Shown: in pieces, positions 1 to 11,452 of the stretch
Layout: each line of letters starts with the position of its first letter
Numbering within the stretch: the stretch's first letter is position 1
DNA from: Chiloscyllium plagiosum
Taxonomy: Eukaryota
DNA: 64,000 bases
NCBI RefSeq assembly: GCF_004010195.1
Contig: NC_057758.1
Span: 1,877,542 to 1,941,541, forward strand
Direction: 5' to 3'
Program-made: the position numbers and the translations under genes
Notes under the pieces: generated by a model
What the model was told of the DNA's origin: nothing
The model's database searches: none
The model's input: the letters and a program-made list of their open reading frames with translations, nothing else

Positions 1-1160
1 TTTGTGCAAGGAAGGCCATGCTTTACAAACCAAATAGAATTCTTTGAAGAGGTGACAAAGTTGATTGGAGATGGACGGAATGCAGCTCTCATATAAATGA
101 ACTTTAGTAGGGCGTTTGAGAAGGTTCCCCATATCAGGCTGATGAAGAAGGTGAAGTCGCACGTGACCACAGTTGTTCGATCTGGATGGATAGAGAACAG
201 GAGCCAGAGAGTATTAGTGGAAAGGAGATTCTCAAAATTGAGACCTGTGACCAATGGTGTCCCACAGGGATCCGTACTGGGACCACTGTTGTTTGTGGTA
301 AACAAAAATGATTTGAAGGAAGGCGTATGTTGCCTTTATAGTAATTTTGCAGATGACACTAAGATTGGTAGAGTTGCAGATAGTGATTGGGAATTTCAGA
401 GAATACAGGAGAATATAGACAGATTGGAGAAATTGCAGGTGGAGTTCAATCAGAACAAATGCGAGGTGATGCATTTTTGAAGATCCAATTCAAGAGCAAA
501 AGATACGGTAAATGGAAAAGTCCTGGAGAAAATTGATGTACAGAGCGATCTGGGTGTTCAGGTCCATTGTTCCCTGTAGGTGGCAAATCAGGTCAGCAGA
601 GTGGTCAAGAAGGGTACTGAATCCAAGAGTTGGCACGTCATGTTTCAGTTGTAACAGACTTAATTTCGGTCATATTTGCAATGCTGTGTCCGGCTCTGGT
701 CGTTGCATTACTAAAAAGATGCTGATGCTTTTGAAAGGGTGCAGAGGAGGTTAACCAGGATGTTGCCTGTTATGGAGGGTGCTAGCTATGAGAAGAGGTT
801 GAGTAGCTTCGGATTATTTTCATTGGAAAGAAGGCGGTTGAGGGGGGATCTGATTGAGGCCTACAAAATCATGAGAAGTATAGACAATATGGATTGCAAG
901 AAACTTTCTTTTCTTTATCAGAGTGGACGTCTCAATTATTCGGGGTCACGAGTTGAAAGTGAGAGAGGAAAAGATTAGGGAAGATAAACATGGGAAGTTC
1001 TTTACACAGAGAGTGGTCGGTGTCGGGAATGCATTGTTGGTGGAAGGAGCGGGAATAATCGCATCATTTCAGATGTATGTAAATAGATGGCAGATATAGG
1101 TAGAGGATATGGATCAGCTCAGGCTTGGAAGGCCTAAGGGCCTGTTCCTGCGCTGAACAC
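1..1160 (+). mobile_element. CR1-clade LINE, degraded ORF2 RT C-terminal part and 3' UTR (runs off window start)
   Basis: ORF fragments FSRAFEKVPH..GVPQGSVLGPLLF..FADDTKIG and QRRLTRMLP..ERRRLRGDLIEAYKIM; typical tail 'gggcctgttcctg' near 1140; stops and frameshifts. Confidence 0.9.
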
Positions 1161-1167
1161 CTGCTCC

Positions 1168-1805
1168 TTTTAATACCAAATATTTATTTGAAAAGCGACA
1201 ATGATGATTTCATTGGGAAGTTTTCGGGTGACACAAAGATATAAGGATATGTAAACGGTGAAGCTGACTGCCAGAGGATACCAGAGTACACAGATAAACG
1301 GAGAGTTGGACAGAAAAAATGGCAGTTGCCATTTAATTTGTTTTTTTCTTTTTTCTGTTTATTTTTTCTTTTTTTTCCTTCCCCCCACACTACCGCCTAG
1401 CTGCGGTAGTGCTTATTTTTTACCCAGCACTCATGTTGTGTGTGTACAGGTGTGAGACACAGTGAAAGACACAGGGTGCACGAATCTTTATTCAAATTTC
1501 CACCACCAGGAAGAAAGACCCGAGTGGTCAGTGTCAAGCAGTCCTCTTCACATCAAAAGGCAATGAAAACTCCTCTTTATTTATTTTTTTCACCCGAGTG
1601 GCCAGTGACAAGCACTGCCCTTCACAAAAAAGGACAATGCTGTGTGATCAAACAGTGAAGGGGAGGGCAGGGACTAAATCAAAATAGAGTTGACGGGGGA
1701 AATAATGAACTCCACTCCCTCCGGCGCCCACCTCTCCATGAACAACTCCAGGGTGTTGGTGGACACCGCGTGCTCCTTCTCCAAGGACACCCGGGCCCTA
1801 ACGTA
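1168..1805 (-). mobile_element. Tx1/L1-clade LINE 3' end (ORF2 C-terminus plus 3' UTR), 5'-truncated
   Basis: Minus strand from 1805 reads YVRARVSLEKEHAVSTNTLELFMERWAPEG, resembling the Tx1-type ORF2 C-terminus; AATAAA and A-rich end near 1170-1190; internal ~47-bp duplication (about 1519-1565 and 1592-1640). Confidence 0.65.
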
Positions 1806-1829
1806 CAGTTGTCATTTCGTTCAGATAAG

Positions 1830-2455
1830 TGCTAATTGATGCATTTGTGAAGATCTAATTAAGCAGGGAAATGCAGAGTAAATAGCAGGATCTTTAGTCG
1901 ATACCACATGCTGAATGGTTGTGGCTGACAAGACCAAAGTTCCGTGAAGGTGGCACAAAACGTCGATAAGGTGGTGAAGAAGGCGTATGGCATGCTAATA
2001 TTTATTGGGCGTGACAAAACAGCATTAATATTGTTAGTAATGTTGCAGCTTTTGGCATAATATTTACAGTTCTGGTTACCACTCTACTGGAAGGAATACG
2101 AGGTTTAGTAAGGTTAAATAGATGCCTTACCAGGATTTTGCTTCGTTTGGTGGGTATTAGTTGAGAAGAGATTTGACAAGCTGAATTTGTTTTCACGTGA
2201 AAGTCGACGAATAAGCGGTGCCCTGATGGAAGTTTTCAGAATCATGGAAGGCATGTGTACTGTAGTCCTTTTGTTCCCCAGGAGAGAAATGTTATATGCT
2301 GGGAATATGGGGTTAAGGAGAACAAAGGTTGGGAGAGGATTTCCCTTAAAGGAAATGGGAGAGGCTTTATTTTTACTCAGAGGATGGTAAGTGCCTGGAA
2401 TGTGACTGGAGATTGGTACAACAGCAATATTTAAGAGCTAACTTGACAGCTATAA
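1830..2455 (+). mobile_element. Degraded CR1 LINE 3' fragment
   Basis: Recognisable CR1 ORF2 tail remnants (gtggtgaagaaggcgtatggcatgc; cagttctggt..ccactctac..ggaagg; ttttactcagaggatggt..gcctggaa). Confidence 0.7.
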
Positions 2456-2462
2456 AAATATG

Positions 2463-3553
2463 ATTTGGAGATGCCGGTGTTGGACTGGGATGTACAAAGT
2501 TAAAAATCACATAACATCAGATTATAGTCCAACAGGTTTAATTGGAAGCACACTAGCTTTCGGAGCGACGCTCCTTCATCAGGTGATAGTGGAGGCCTCA
2601 ATCCTAACACAGAATTTATAGCAAAAAATTACAGTGTGATGTAACTGAAATTATACATTGAAAAATTGATTGTCTGTTAAGACCTTCATCTGTTAGAATA
2701 CAGTGATAGTTTCACTTCTTTCATGTGTAAATCTTTTTTAAAAAGTTGCATTCTCAGGTTAGCTGTTAACATTGGTGATAGCTAGACTATATGTTGAAGA
2801 TGTTGGCCCCCTGTGGTCTCTGTCAATGCCATGATGTTTAGATTGATTCTAATCTAAAAAGTGAGATAACGGAGTTTTACATACATTCATGCAGTTTTTG
2901 AGCAAAGTAGAATGTAAACCTGCAAGTACAAATTCACCCCACAAAATATATGTGTGCCTGTGCGTCTTATCTGTCTGTGTGTGTGTGTCTGTCTGGGTTG
3001 GGGGTTGTGAGTGTGAGAAAGTGTATGTGTGTGTGTAGTGAGTGCAGAGTGTCTTAAGTCTGTGAGGGGGTGCATGTGTGAGTGTGGGAGTGTGTGCGTC
3101 TGTAAGGGTGTGTGTGGGTGTCTGTGTGTGCGTCTTTTGTGTATGTGTGTCCTTGTGTACGTGTGTATAGGAGTGCCTGTGTGTGTGTGAGAGTGTGTGC
3201 GTGCAGGAGTATCTGTGAGTGTGTATACTGCAATGGTGGTCACCTGTAATGTGAAATGAACCCAAGGTCCCTGTTGAAGCCCTCCCTATGGGAACCGAAC
3301 TTAGCTACCAGCCTCTGCTCGGCCACTTTCCTCTGCTGCCTGTCCCGAAGTCCTCCTTGGAGGATGGTCACCAGAAAATTCGGGGGTGGATGCCCTGGAC
3401 CACTGAAGTGTTCCCCAACAGGGAGGGAACCCTCCTGTCTGTTGATTTCTGTGGGTACCGCACACACAGACGCACACACAGACACCCACACACACCCTTA
3501 CAGACACAGACACTGCCACACTCACACATGCACCCCCTCACAGATTAAGACAC
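2463..3553 (-). mobile_element. Penelope-like element (PLE) 3' part: GIY-YIG C-terminus, CA-rich UTR and terminal repeat, with an inverted duplicated segment
   Basis: Minus ORF 3240-3491 PVGEHFSGPGH..LQGGL..QRKVAEQRLVAKFG..GFNRDLGF is the PLE endonuclease C-terminus; terminal repeat about 2463-2590; 3461-3553 is an inverted copy of about 3049-3140. Confidence 0.85.
2551..2585 (-). ncRNA. Minimal type I hammerhead ribozyme in PLE terminal repeat
   Basis: Minus strand CAC-CTGATGA-A-GGAGC-GTC-GCTCC-GAAAGCTA-GTG: intact CUGAUGA and GAAA cores, 5-bp stem II, palindromic AGCU in place of stem III, UA cleavage site, CAC/GTG stem I. Confidence 0.8.
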
Positions 3554-3759
3554 ATGTTCACTACCCTCCACTCTGACAGGGAGAAAAATCCTCCTGAAAT
3601 CTGTCTTAAATTAATTACTATTTATTATGAGATTCTACACTGTTCCTCGCACAAATTCACTGGAATGAAGTCAAAGATCTCACACTTGCATCACGTATCA
3701 GAGAAGAGTGAGAGATTTAATCTGGTAGTTGAGTTGGCTTAACAATTCCCGAAGAAGGC

Positions 3760-5835
3760 ACAGTGTAGAATGAAGCTGGTGGCAGATTAAAAACTCTGAA
3801 ATTTGGATACTTTCCCGCGGGAAGGACGCATTAATATTGTTGCCAGTTATCGGAGATCATTTCAAAGCAACGATTTGTGGTCCCTATTAAATGGCGAAAA
3901 AGTTGAGTCTGGTACATTGTCCAGTAAACATGCCCGGATAGGAAAAAAAAATCTGTAAAGTGTATGTCATGCGAATATGCAAAAACCTAGTTATAACAGA
4001 GATAAGAAACTGGAGAAATAGATGATAGTTACTGCCCCGCATACTGATGAATCAAATCCAGATTTTGTGGAGTTTGATGAGCCTCAACATTCGTTAAACA
4101 ATACGGAAGTAATTGAGGCGTGGGATAGTTTGCTAAACTGTCTGTCTCAGGAGCAAAGAATGCAGTTGAAAAGTTTGGTGCAGCAATATGAGGACATGTG
4201 CAGGAATAATATGGGAGGACTAATGATATTGTGAATGAGGCAGGCCTATGGAATAATGTTCCGATAAAACAACACCCCTACAGGCTTAAACATTTCAAAG
4301 CCACACAGATTCTGACAAATGTGGATGCGATAAACAACGAAGATATTATCGAACCGAGCCTGAGCGAATGGAGTTCGCCGATTGTTTTAATTCCCAAACC
4401 TGATGGGACTGAACGATTGTGTGTGGACAATTGGAAGATCAATGCCGGAACAAAATCGGACTCATACCTGGTACCAAATTGAAGGACTATATAGAGGAAG
4501 TTGGACAATCTAGCTACATCACAAAGTTGGTCTTACTGCGTGTTTATTTGCAGTTACCTTTATTGGAGAAAGTGAAAGAAATTTCTGCATTTGTATCTAC
4601 AAATGGTCACTACCAATTCGCAGTGATAGACTTTGAAATGAAGAACGGGCCATGGAAGGTTGACGTCATAGAATGGAATGATGAAGGCCATCGAGTAATT
4701 TCTGCAACAAACCTTGAAGAAAGATCTGCTTCCATTTTTGTTACTAAGCAGATTCTACTGGAAGTTTTGTCCTAACTTCAGAAGCATAGGTGCACCGATA
4801 AAAGATTTGCTAAGGAAAAACGCAAAATGTATGTGAATAGAACAATGCCAGTAGGCATTTGATAATTTAAAAGCAGTATTCACCAGCGCACCAGTCTTAG
4901 GTACACCAAACGTTCTAATCCTTCAAGTTTCCAATCGATGCTCGTGACACAGGAATTGGAACTGCACTGCTGTATTGTATTGGAAGATGATGACGCAGTT
5001 GAACCCACACTGTAAGTAATCTAATCTAATCTAATCTAAAAAAGTTTCCAATCGATGCTCGTGACACAGGAATTGGAACTGCACTGCTGTATTGTATTGG
5101 AAGATGATGACGCAGTTGAACTGCCAGTTGGTTACTTTTCAATGAAACTTAACATCCACCAGAGAAAATAACACACCATCAAAAAGAATTTATCGACTTT
5201 GGTCCTGGCCTCATAACTTTTTAATGTTTATGTCACAAAAAAATGCCATAACTGGTTGTGAAAAGGGTTCACAATCTTCTTACATTCTTGGAATGATTTA
5301 AACACAAGAATACGAGACTACTTCATTGGAGTCTTGTTTTACAGACTTTTAATTTACAAGATGTGTTATCGCGGATTTAACGGATAAAGTATGGATAAGA
5401 TTGAAAAGATGCCAATGTTATACATGTGTGTGAGCAGAGGTTAATATGAGTTTTGATTAATGTCCTATGTATTTCATGGTAATAGGGTTAAGAATTAGAA
5501 AAAAAAAAACATGAAAACATCTTTTCATTATGATGTTTCCCTTTTTCTTAAGTGTTGATAGAGTTGTTGTGAAGTTGAAGGCCTCGACTGTACCTTTAAG
5601 AGAGATTGAAAACTGAAAGTTGGCATGCACCTATCATGTGACAAACTAGCAGTCAGACAGTGTGCTAGAAAATGGAAGAATGTAACATTTGGCTGGAACC
5701 TAGATACCTCAGTTGTTTTCACAGCAGTTTGAATTTACCGAAACAGTTTAAATTATGCTCCAAGAAACTATAGCTCAATCGAACTTAAATTTTATTATGT
5801 TGACAAAAATGAACCAATGTCATTATCTGATTTTT
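3760..5835 (+). mobile_element. Gmr1-type Gypsy LTR retrotransposon remnant (integrase C-terminus, RT, RNase H, start of 3' LTR)
   Basis: GPY-type integrase tail about 3840-3980 precedes RT (IKQHPYRL..SEWSSPIVLIPKPDG..LCVD; YITKL..Y.QLP..SAF); RNase H remnants about 4900-5380; LTR-like sequence from about 5553, similar to the LTRs at 19512 and 37996. Confidence 0.85.
4925..5121 (+). repeat. 80-bp perfect direct repeat (4925-5004 = 5042-5121) flanking a 37-bp SINE tail
   Basis: The two copies are identical; the insert ccacactgtaag(taatc)4taaaa matches the 3' end of the SINE at about 36410-36432. Confidence 0.9.
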
Positions 5836-5844
5836 TAACACAGA

Positions 5845-7012
5845 ACAGAGCACATCACAACGCATTGCAGGCCCTTCGGTCCTCGATGTTCAACCGACAT
5901 GTGAAACCATTCTGAAGCCCGTCTAACCTACACGATGCCATTTTCATCCATATGTCTATCAAATGAACATTTAAATGCCCTTAGCATTAGCGAGTCTACG
6001 ACTTTTGCAGATAGGCCTTTCCACGTGCTTACTATTCTGTGAGTGATAAAAACTACCTCTGACATCTGTCCTATATCTTTCACCACTCAATTTAAAGCTA
6101 TGTCCCCTCGTGCTAACCCTTACCTTTCGAAGAAATCCGGTCTCACTATCCAACCTATCTAACCCTCTGCTAAACTTTTATGTTTCAATACAGTCACCTC
6201 TCAAACTTCTCAAGTCCCTCAGCCTTTCTGCGTAAGACCTTCCGTCCACATCAGGCAACATCCTATAAAATCTTCTCTGAACCCTTTCCAAAGCTTCCAC
6301 ATCCTTCCTATAATGTGGTGAACAGAACTGTACGTAATACTCCAATTGTAAAGTTTTGTACAGTTGCAGCATGACCTCATGTCTCAGAAACTCAAACCCT
6401 ACTCAACCCCTCTACTAATAAAAGCCAACACACCATATGCCTTCTTAACAACACGATCAGCCTAGGTGGCAACTTTCAGGGATCTATATACATAGACACC
6501 GAGATCTCTCTGTTCATCTGCACTACCAAGGATCTGCCCAGCACTCTTTATTCCTGTTGCGCCTTCCAAAATGAATCACTTCCCACTTTTCTGCATTACA
6601 CTCCATTTCCATTTCTCTGTACAGCTTTTCACCTTATCTATGTCTCTCTGTAACCCACAACATCCTTCGGCACTATCCACACATGTGCCAGCGTCAGTGT
6701 TATCCGCAAATTTACTAACTCCTCCTTCGAGCTCGTCATCCAGGTCATTTATCACAATAACAAACAGTAGTGGCCCCAAGACATAGCCTTGCGGTACACA
6801 ACTAATAACTCGACCCCAGGATGAACATTTCCCAACAACTACCACTCACTGTCTTCTTCCAACTAACTAATTTCTGATCCAAACTGCTAAATCTCCCCGA
6901 AACCCAAGCCCCCGCATTTTATGTTGGGAAACCGTTGGGAAACTTATCAAACGCCTTACTCAAATCCATGTACACCATACCAACCGCTTTACCCTCATCC
7001 AACTGTTTGGTC
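5845..7012 (-). mobile_element. CR1 LINE 3' fragment
   Basis: Minus ORFs VPQGYVLGPLLF..KFADNT and LQLYKTL.LEYYVQFCSPHYRKDVEALERVQRRF. Confidence 0.9.
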
Positions 7013-7957
7013 ATAGAACATAAAACATAGAAAATTACAAAACAATACAGAGACTTTGGCCCTCTTGTGCCACTCCGTGATCGCCATCCAAATCCCATTT
7101 AACCTATAAGATTCCATTTTCTTCCACATGCCTATCCAATAAACATTTAAATGCCCATAAATGTTGCGAGTCTGCAACTGTTGCAGGCAGTGCATTCCAC
7201 TCCCTTACTGCTCACTGAATAAAGAAAATACCTCTGACATCTCTCCTGTATCTATCACCCCTCAATTTAAAGGTATGCCCCCTCGTGCTAGCCATCCACG
7301 TTTAAGGAAAATGACTCTCACTGTCAACCCAATCTTACCCTCTGATTAGCTTATATGTCTCAATAAGTCACCTCTCAACCTTCTCTCCTTGAACGAAAAC
7401 TTCCTGCCGTCCCTCAACTTTTCCTTGTAAGACTTTCCCTCCATACCAGGCAACGTACTACTAAATCTCCTCTGCATCCTTTCCAAATCTTCCACATCCT
7501 TCCTTTAATGCAATGAGCAGAACTGCAGGGAAGCCTCCAAGTACAGCGGCACCAGAGTTTGGACAGTTCTAGCATGACCTCATAGTGCTGAAATTCGATC
7601 ACTCAACTAATCAAAGCTAACACACCGTATGACTTTTTAACAGACCTATCAACCTGGGTGGAAACTTTGAGGGATCTATGTACATTGATTCTGAGATCAC
7701 TCTGCTCATCTGCACGACCAAGAATCTTATTAATCGCCCAGTACTCTACATTCCTGCTACTCCTTCCGAAGTGAATCAATCACTTTACACTTTCCTACAT
7801 TCAGTTCCATTTACCACCACTTAACCCCGCTATGCAGCTTATTTCTGTTCCTTTGTATCCTACAACATCCTTCAGCCCTATCCTTCGACGGTCTCATCCA
7901 GATCGTTTATAAAAATGACAAACAGCAGTGGACCCAATGCACATCCTTGTGGTACTG
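7013..7957 (-). mobile_element. CR1 LINE 3' fragment (second copy, split by the PLE piece at 7958)
   Basis: VPQGCALGPLLFVIFINDLD; CR1 tail (ttctatg)n on the minus strand at about 7013-7032. Confidence 0.85.
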
Positions 7958-8137
7958 GCCATTTTGACAAGGAATGTTCCCGGTTCGACTGGTCCGTGGG
8001 TGCTGAGTTTCTGTAAGACATCCGTAGTGTCACGACAGAAGCTGGAGATCCTCTGTACAATAGGTTTCAAGATGCGATCCACATGGCTTCCAATTAAACC
8101 TGTTGGACTATAACCTGGTGTTGTGTGATTTTTAACT
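7958..8137. mobile_element. PLE fragment: RT piece (-) fused to an inverted terminal repeat piece (+)
   Basis: Minus reads ILKPIVQ..SFCRDTTDVLQKL..PGTFLVKM (PLE RT); 8086-8137 is the reverse complement of the terminus at about 2498-2549. Confidence 0.75.
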
Positions 8138-8321
8138 CTGTTCTATTAAGATTGTCTCATATTTTAAGATCCTAGAGTCTGAGCCATCGTCCTGTTTTCT
8201 GATTTAGGATGGTCCGTACCTGATGTGGGGTGCTGACTATTAAGGCTCCCCCAAAAGTAAGTTTCCGACTCTCCTCTCCGAATAAGGCTGTTGCTGCCAC
8301 TGCCTGCACACACTCAGGCCA
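8138..8321 (-). pseudogene. pol: Retroviral pol fragment (RT connection region)
   Basis: WPECVQAVAATALFGEESRKLTFGGALIVSTPHQVRTILNQKTGRWL-(frameshift)-DSRILKYETILIE, matching the class I ERV connection subdomain. Confidence 0.8.
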
Positions 8322-10014
8322 GTAATGTAGCTTTCCATTCTTTAATTAACAATGAATTAATGCAGTCATGTTTTAAATTAACCATGAATCAATATGACAG
8401 GTCACTGAGAATGTATGAAGGAATCCTGCCAATTTATATTGATTCAGGTTAATATAATTGATATATTATAAATATTAATTATTAATTTTATATATAATTT
8501 CATAAACGGCACTGCCTTTACTTCCTTTTTCGGATCTGGACATTCTCTCTTAAAGTGACCTGTCTTTCCACAGTAATAACATCCCGCCTGTGGGGATTCC
8601 ACTTTGATCCTTGTTCCTGTCTGCCAGACCCCTTAATATCTCCGCCCCGATCCCTTTTCATCCCTTTATTTTCAATATGCTGCCCGCCACCATTCCGGTT
8701 TCCTTCTCCTTTTAGTTTTGTCATTTTCTTTATTACCTCATCAACCGTGGCTATCATTATTTTTGCCTTCTGTTTCTGCTTCTCATGTTACGTTGCCTGA
8801 TCAATTGCTGAGCCGATTTAACCAACTGAACAGCTTTAGGGCCACCTCTTGGCCATTCCTCATCACCCAATGTTTTGTTTTGACCTTGATTTTTTTAAAA
8901 AGAAATATTGAAATATTTCTTGCTTCCTATAATCTCAAATACAATTTATCAATTTATGCTTGCTTTCCTTTAAAGCCTGTTCCTAACTATACACTTTGGA
9001 ATCTTACTTGTTAATATATATTTATATCTTATAAATTCATTTACTTAGTGTTTAATATTCAAAATGCAAAATGCACACAGTTCCCAACTCTGTAATCCAC
9101 CACAATCACCCGGTTCCAGTCCCCCGATTCAAATCCAAAACTAGTCCTCCCAAGTAGTCCTGACTAGTCATTGCTCAATTGCAATGCTATAGGTCGTGAA
9201 ATTACCAAAGCTGCCTTAAAAGGATTTGTCTATTCAAGTTAAAACTTCAACTGTCCTCCATAAATCGCTTTAATGTAAGGATAAAAGAGATTAGTTAGAA
9301 ACTGATAGTAAGGCAGTCATTGCCTGTAAAAAGAGCAGGAGTTAACATTTTATTTCATAATCTGTAAAATCCTTAACCTTAAAAGAAGTCATGTTAAAAT
9401 TTCCATAATAGAAATCATATTCAAAACAGTCCGGGATCTCAAGCTCCAGGGAACAAAACACAAACATTCAGTCACCAACAAACAAATGTGCATCCAAACC
9501 GAATCACAAAGGGTTAAACTTTCGGTTAGCTGTACAGCCTCTCTCTCTCTCTCTCTCTCTCACTGCCTCTCTCTCTCCCTCGCTGGCTCTCTCTCTCTCT
9601 TTTTTCAATACTCGGCCGTTTCTTTATGTAATTTAGTTAACTTCACTGAGGTCCGGTGTCACCTTCTTCCACACCCACTTCAGGGTCCTGACCTTCGCGT
9701 GATTTCCCCTCTTAACAACTGGTTTAAAGCTGGGCGATCGAATCTGGTAGACACCTTACTCGTCAGATTAATCTAGAATATTAAATACTTTATTTAAATG
9801 TTGCCAATTCCCCGTACTTCTCGTATGTCCCGTACTTCTCGTACGTCTCCGACCACCAAGGCAATACTTAAAGGTCCATTTTCTTATCTTGGTCCGTGCA
9901 CAAGAGTTACCTGGTCGAATCAGCGCGCCCTGTCCTGTGGCAATACCTCGCAACCACTACCATTGCCTATCCCAATTGCTTACTCGACCAAACCTCCCAC
10001 TGCGTGTCAGCACA

Positions 10015-10420
10015 CCCTGTCCTGCAGTCTATCCAACTGGCAGCAATTACTGTTGCCTACCCTGGTCGACCAGATTCACGTCACCCAGTCGCCCAGAACC
10101 CCAGTTCCCCGGATCCCCCCCGGTTCCTGGACATATCGCAGTGCATCCTGTCCCGCAGCAATTCCCCGGATATATCCAACTGGCAGCAATTACTGTGGCC
10201 TACCCTTGTCGACCGGATTCGCCTACCCAGGTCGCCCAGAACCCCGGGGAAATCCTGTCCCGTAGCAATTCCCCGGATATATCCAACTGGCAGCAATTAC
10301 TGTTGCTTACCCTGATCGACTGGATTTGCCTACCCTTGTCACCCAGAACCCCGGTTCCCCGGATCCCGGGATATATCCGACTGGCAGCAAATACCGCTGC
10401 CTACCTCGGTCGCCCGGATA
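10015..10420. repeat. Four imperfect ~95-145 bp tandem units in the ERV leader
   Basis: Core ATCC(A/G)ACTGGCAGCAA at 10031, 10174, 10281 and 10375; the first three continue TTACTG..TACCCT..TCGAC..GATT..CCCAGAACCCC. Confidence 0.9.
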
Positions 10421-10632
10421 AATCTTTTAAGACCTTTCTTACCCGGGTCCTGTGTACACAAGAGTCACCCGACTGAACCCGCCGCGTCTGCCCGTCTTGT
10501 TTCCAGGGTCTGTCAATCCGGATCACGCTCGCCCAAAGCTGCCGCGGCAAAGAGGGGAAACTATAGATCGCCGAAATCATCGAGGTGCACCTTCTCCGCT
10601 TCTCCAAGAATGCCGAGCGACCGGAGGTTGGG

Positions 10633-10652
10633 ATCCCAGAATGAGCCCCCCA
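10633..10652 (-). promoter_or_regulatory. Primer-binding site (tRNA-Pro type) of the ERV
   Basis: Minus TGGGGGGCTCATTCTGGGAT versus canonical TGGGGGCTCGTCCGGGAT, 4 nt after the LTR end. Confidence 0.75.
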
Positions 10653-11224
10653 GATCTGTTAGAACTAAATTTAATAAAAATTTAGACGAGACCACCAAAA
10701 CTGGAAACAAGACAAGTTATTCTACGATCTTGCAAGAAAGGGCATCAAATGCAGAAACAATTGAGCAATGAACATTCAAGCTAGTACGCAGTTTTGAGCT
10801 GCGTGGGGTCACCTCTCCCGACGCTGACATTGCCCAATCTTTTTATTGTATTCTACCACTACCCAGCTGCGCTCCACCCTTATTGCCCCCTTTTCTCCAA
10901 GTTGGCAACCTTTCCCTCTGTAAGTGCTGACTTAAGGCTAAACTTGTATCTTGATGTTCTTTTACTTTGCTTGTAACATCTTCCATTGTTCATGGGTGCA
11001 TTCCATTCTTGAACATACGTATCTTTTCATGCTTGGTTTATGCGTTTCAGCTGTCTCAGCTATTTTGCAAAGACTATAATTTACAAGAATTATTTGCTTT
11101 AACACTCAACTTCAACCCTCCAAGTCTGGTCTGCATTCGATATGATCACATCTGTGCAGCCAACTCAATGTCCTATTCCTGCTTTCACTCCATTACCGTC
11201 TGATCACTTTAGATCTAAGAGCCA

Positions 11225-11452
11225 CCGACGTCCTGCTGTAATGCACTTTTTATCAAAGCCAATTGGCGATAATGCGAACGACGAATTGGGGCAATTGTTT
11301 TGATAATGCAAAATTTCCATTGCAGAGGTTTAGCTATTTTCTAGCAATAGTATTCAACCAGGCAATTTCCTGTGGTGGTTTTTCGTTGCGCAATTTTCTG
11401 TAGCGAGGTTGCAGAGGAACATGGCTTTTGTGTTAGTGTACAAGGACCTGTA
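11225..11452. mobile_element. Possible degraded Tc1/mariner (Tigger/pogo-like) MITE
   Basis: Imperfect inverted ends (gtcctgctgtaatgc..tgttag..aggacctgta), right end finishes ..CTGTA; internal reiterated motifs. Confidence 0.35.

Larger units (their letters stand above)
8138..10795 (-). mobile_element. Endogenous retrovirus remnant (class I, gamma/epsilon-like), internally deleted
   Basis: LTR U5 ending ..TTCTAACA at 10657; tRNA-Pro-type PBS; leader splice donor CGG|GTAAGA at 10442; repeat-rich leader; possible gag remnant about 8500-8900; Pol connection peptide at 8138-8321. Confidence 0.8.

Noticed and set aside
2849..3576. His/Thr-rich ORFs (also at 38806-39451, 51881-52208 and 58508-59435)
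   Set aside because: Translations of CA/TG and CT/GA simple repeats
10015..10420. CRISPR-like repeat/spacer appearance
   Set aside because: Spacers are homologous to each other, spacing is irregular, context is eukaryotic and there are no cas genes
9798..10476. Overlapping 139-195 aa Pro-rich ORFs on the + strand
   Set aside because: Antisense to the ERV leader; produced by GC-rich tandem repeats; no protein signature
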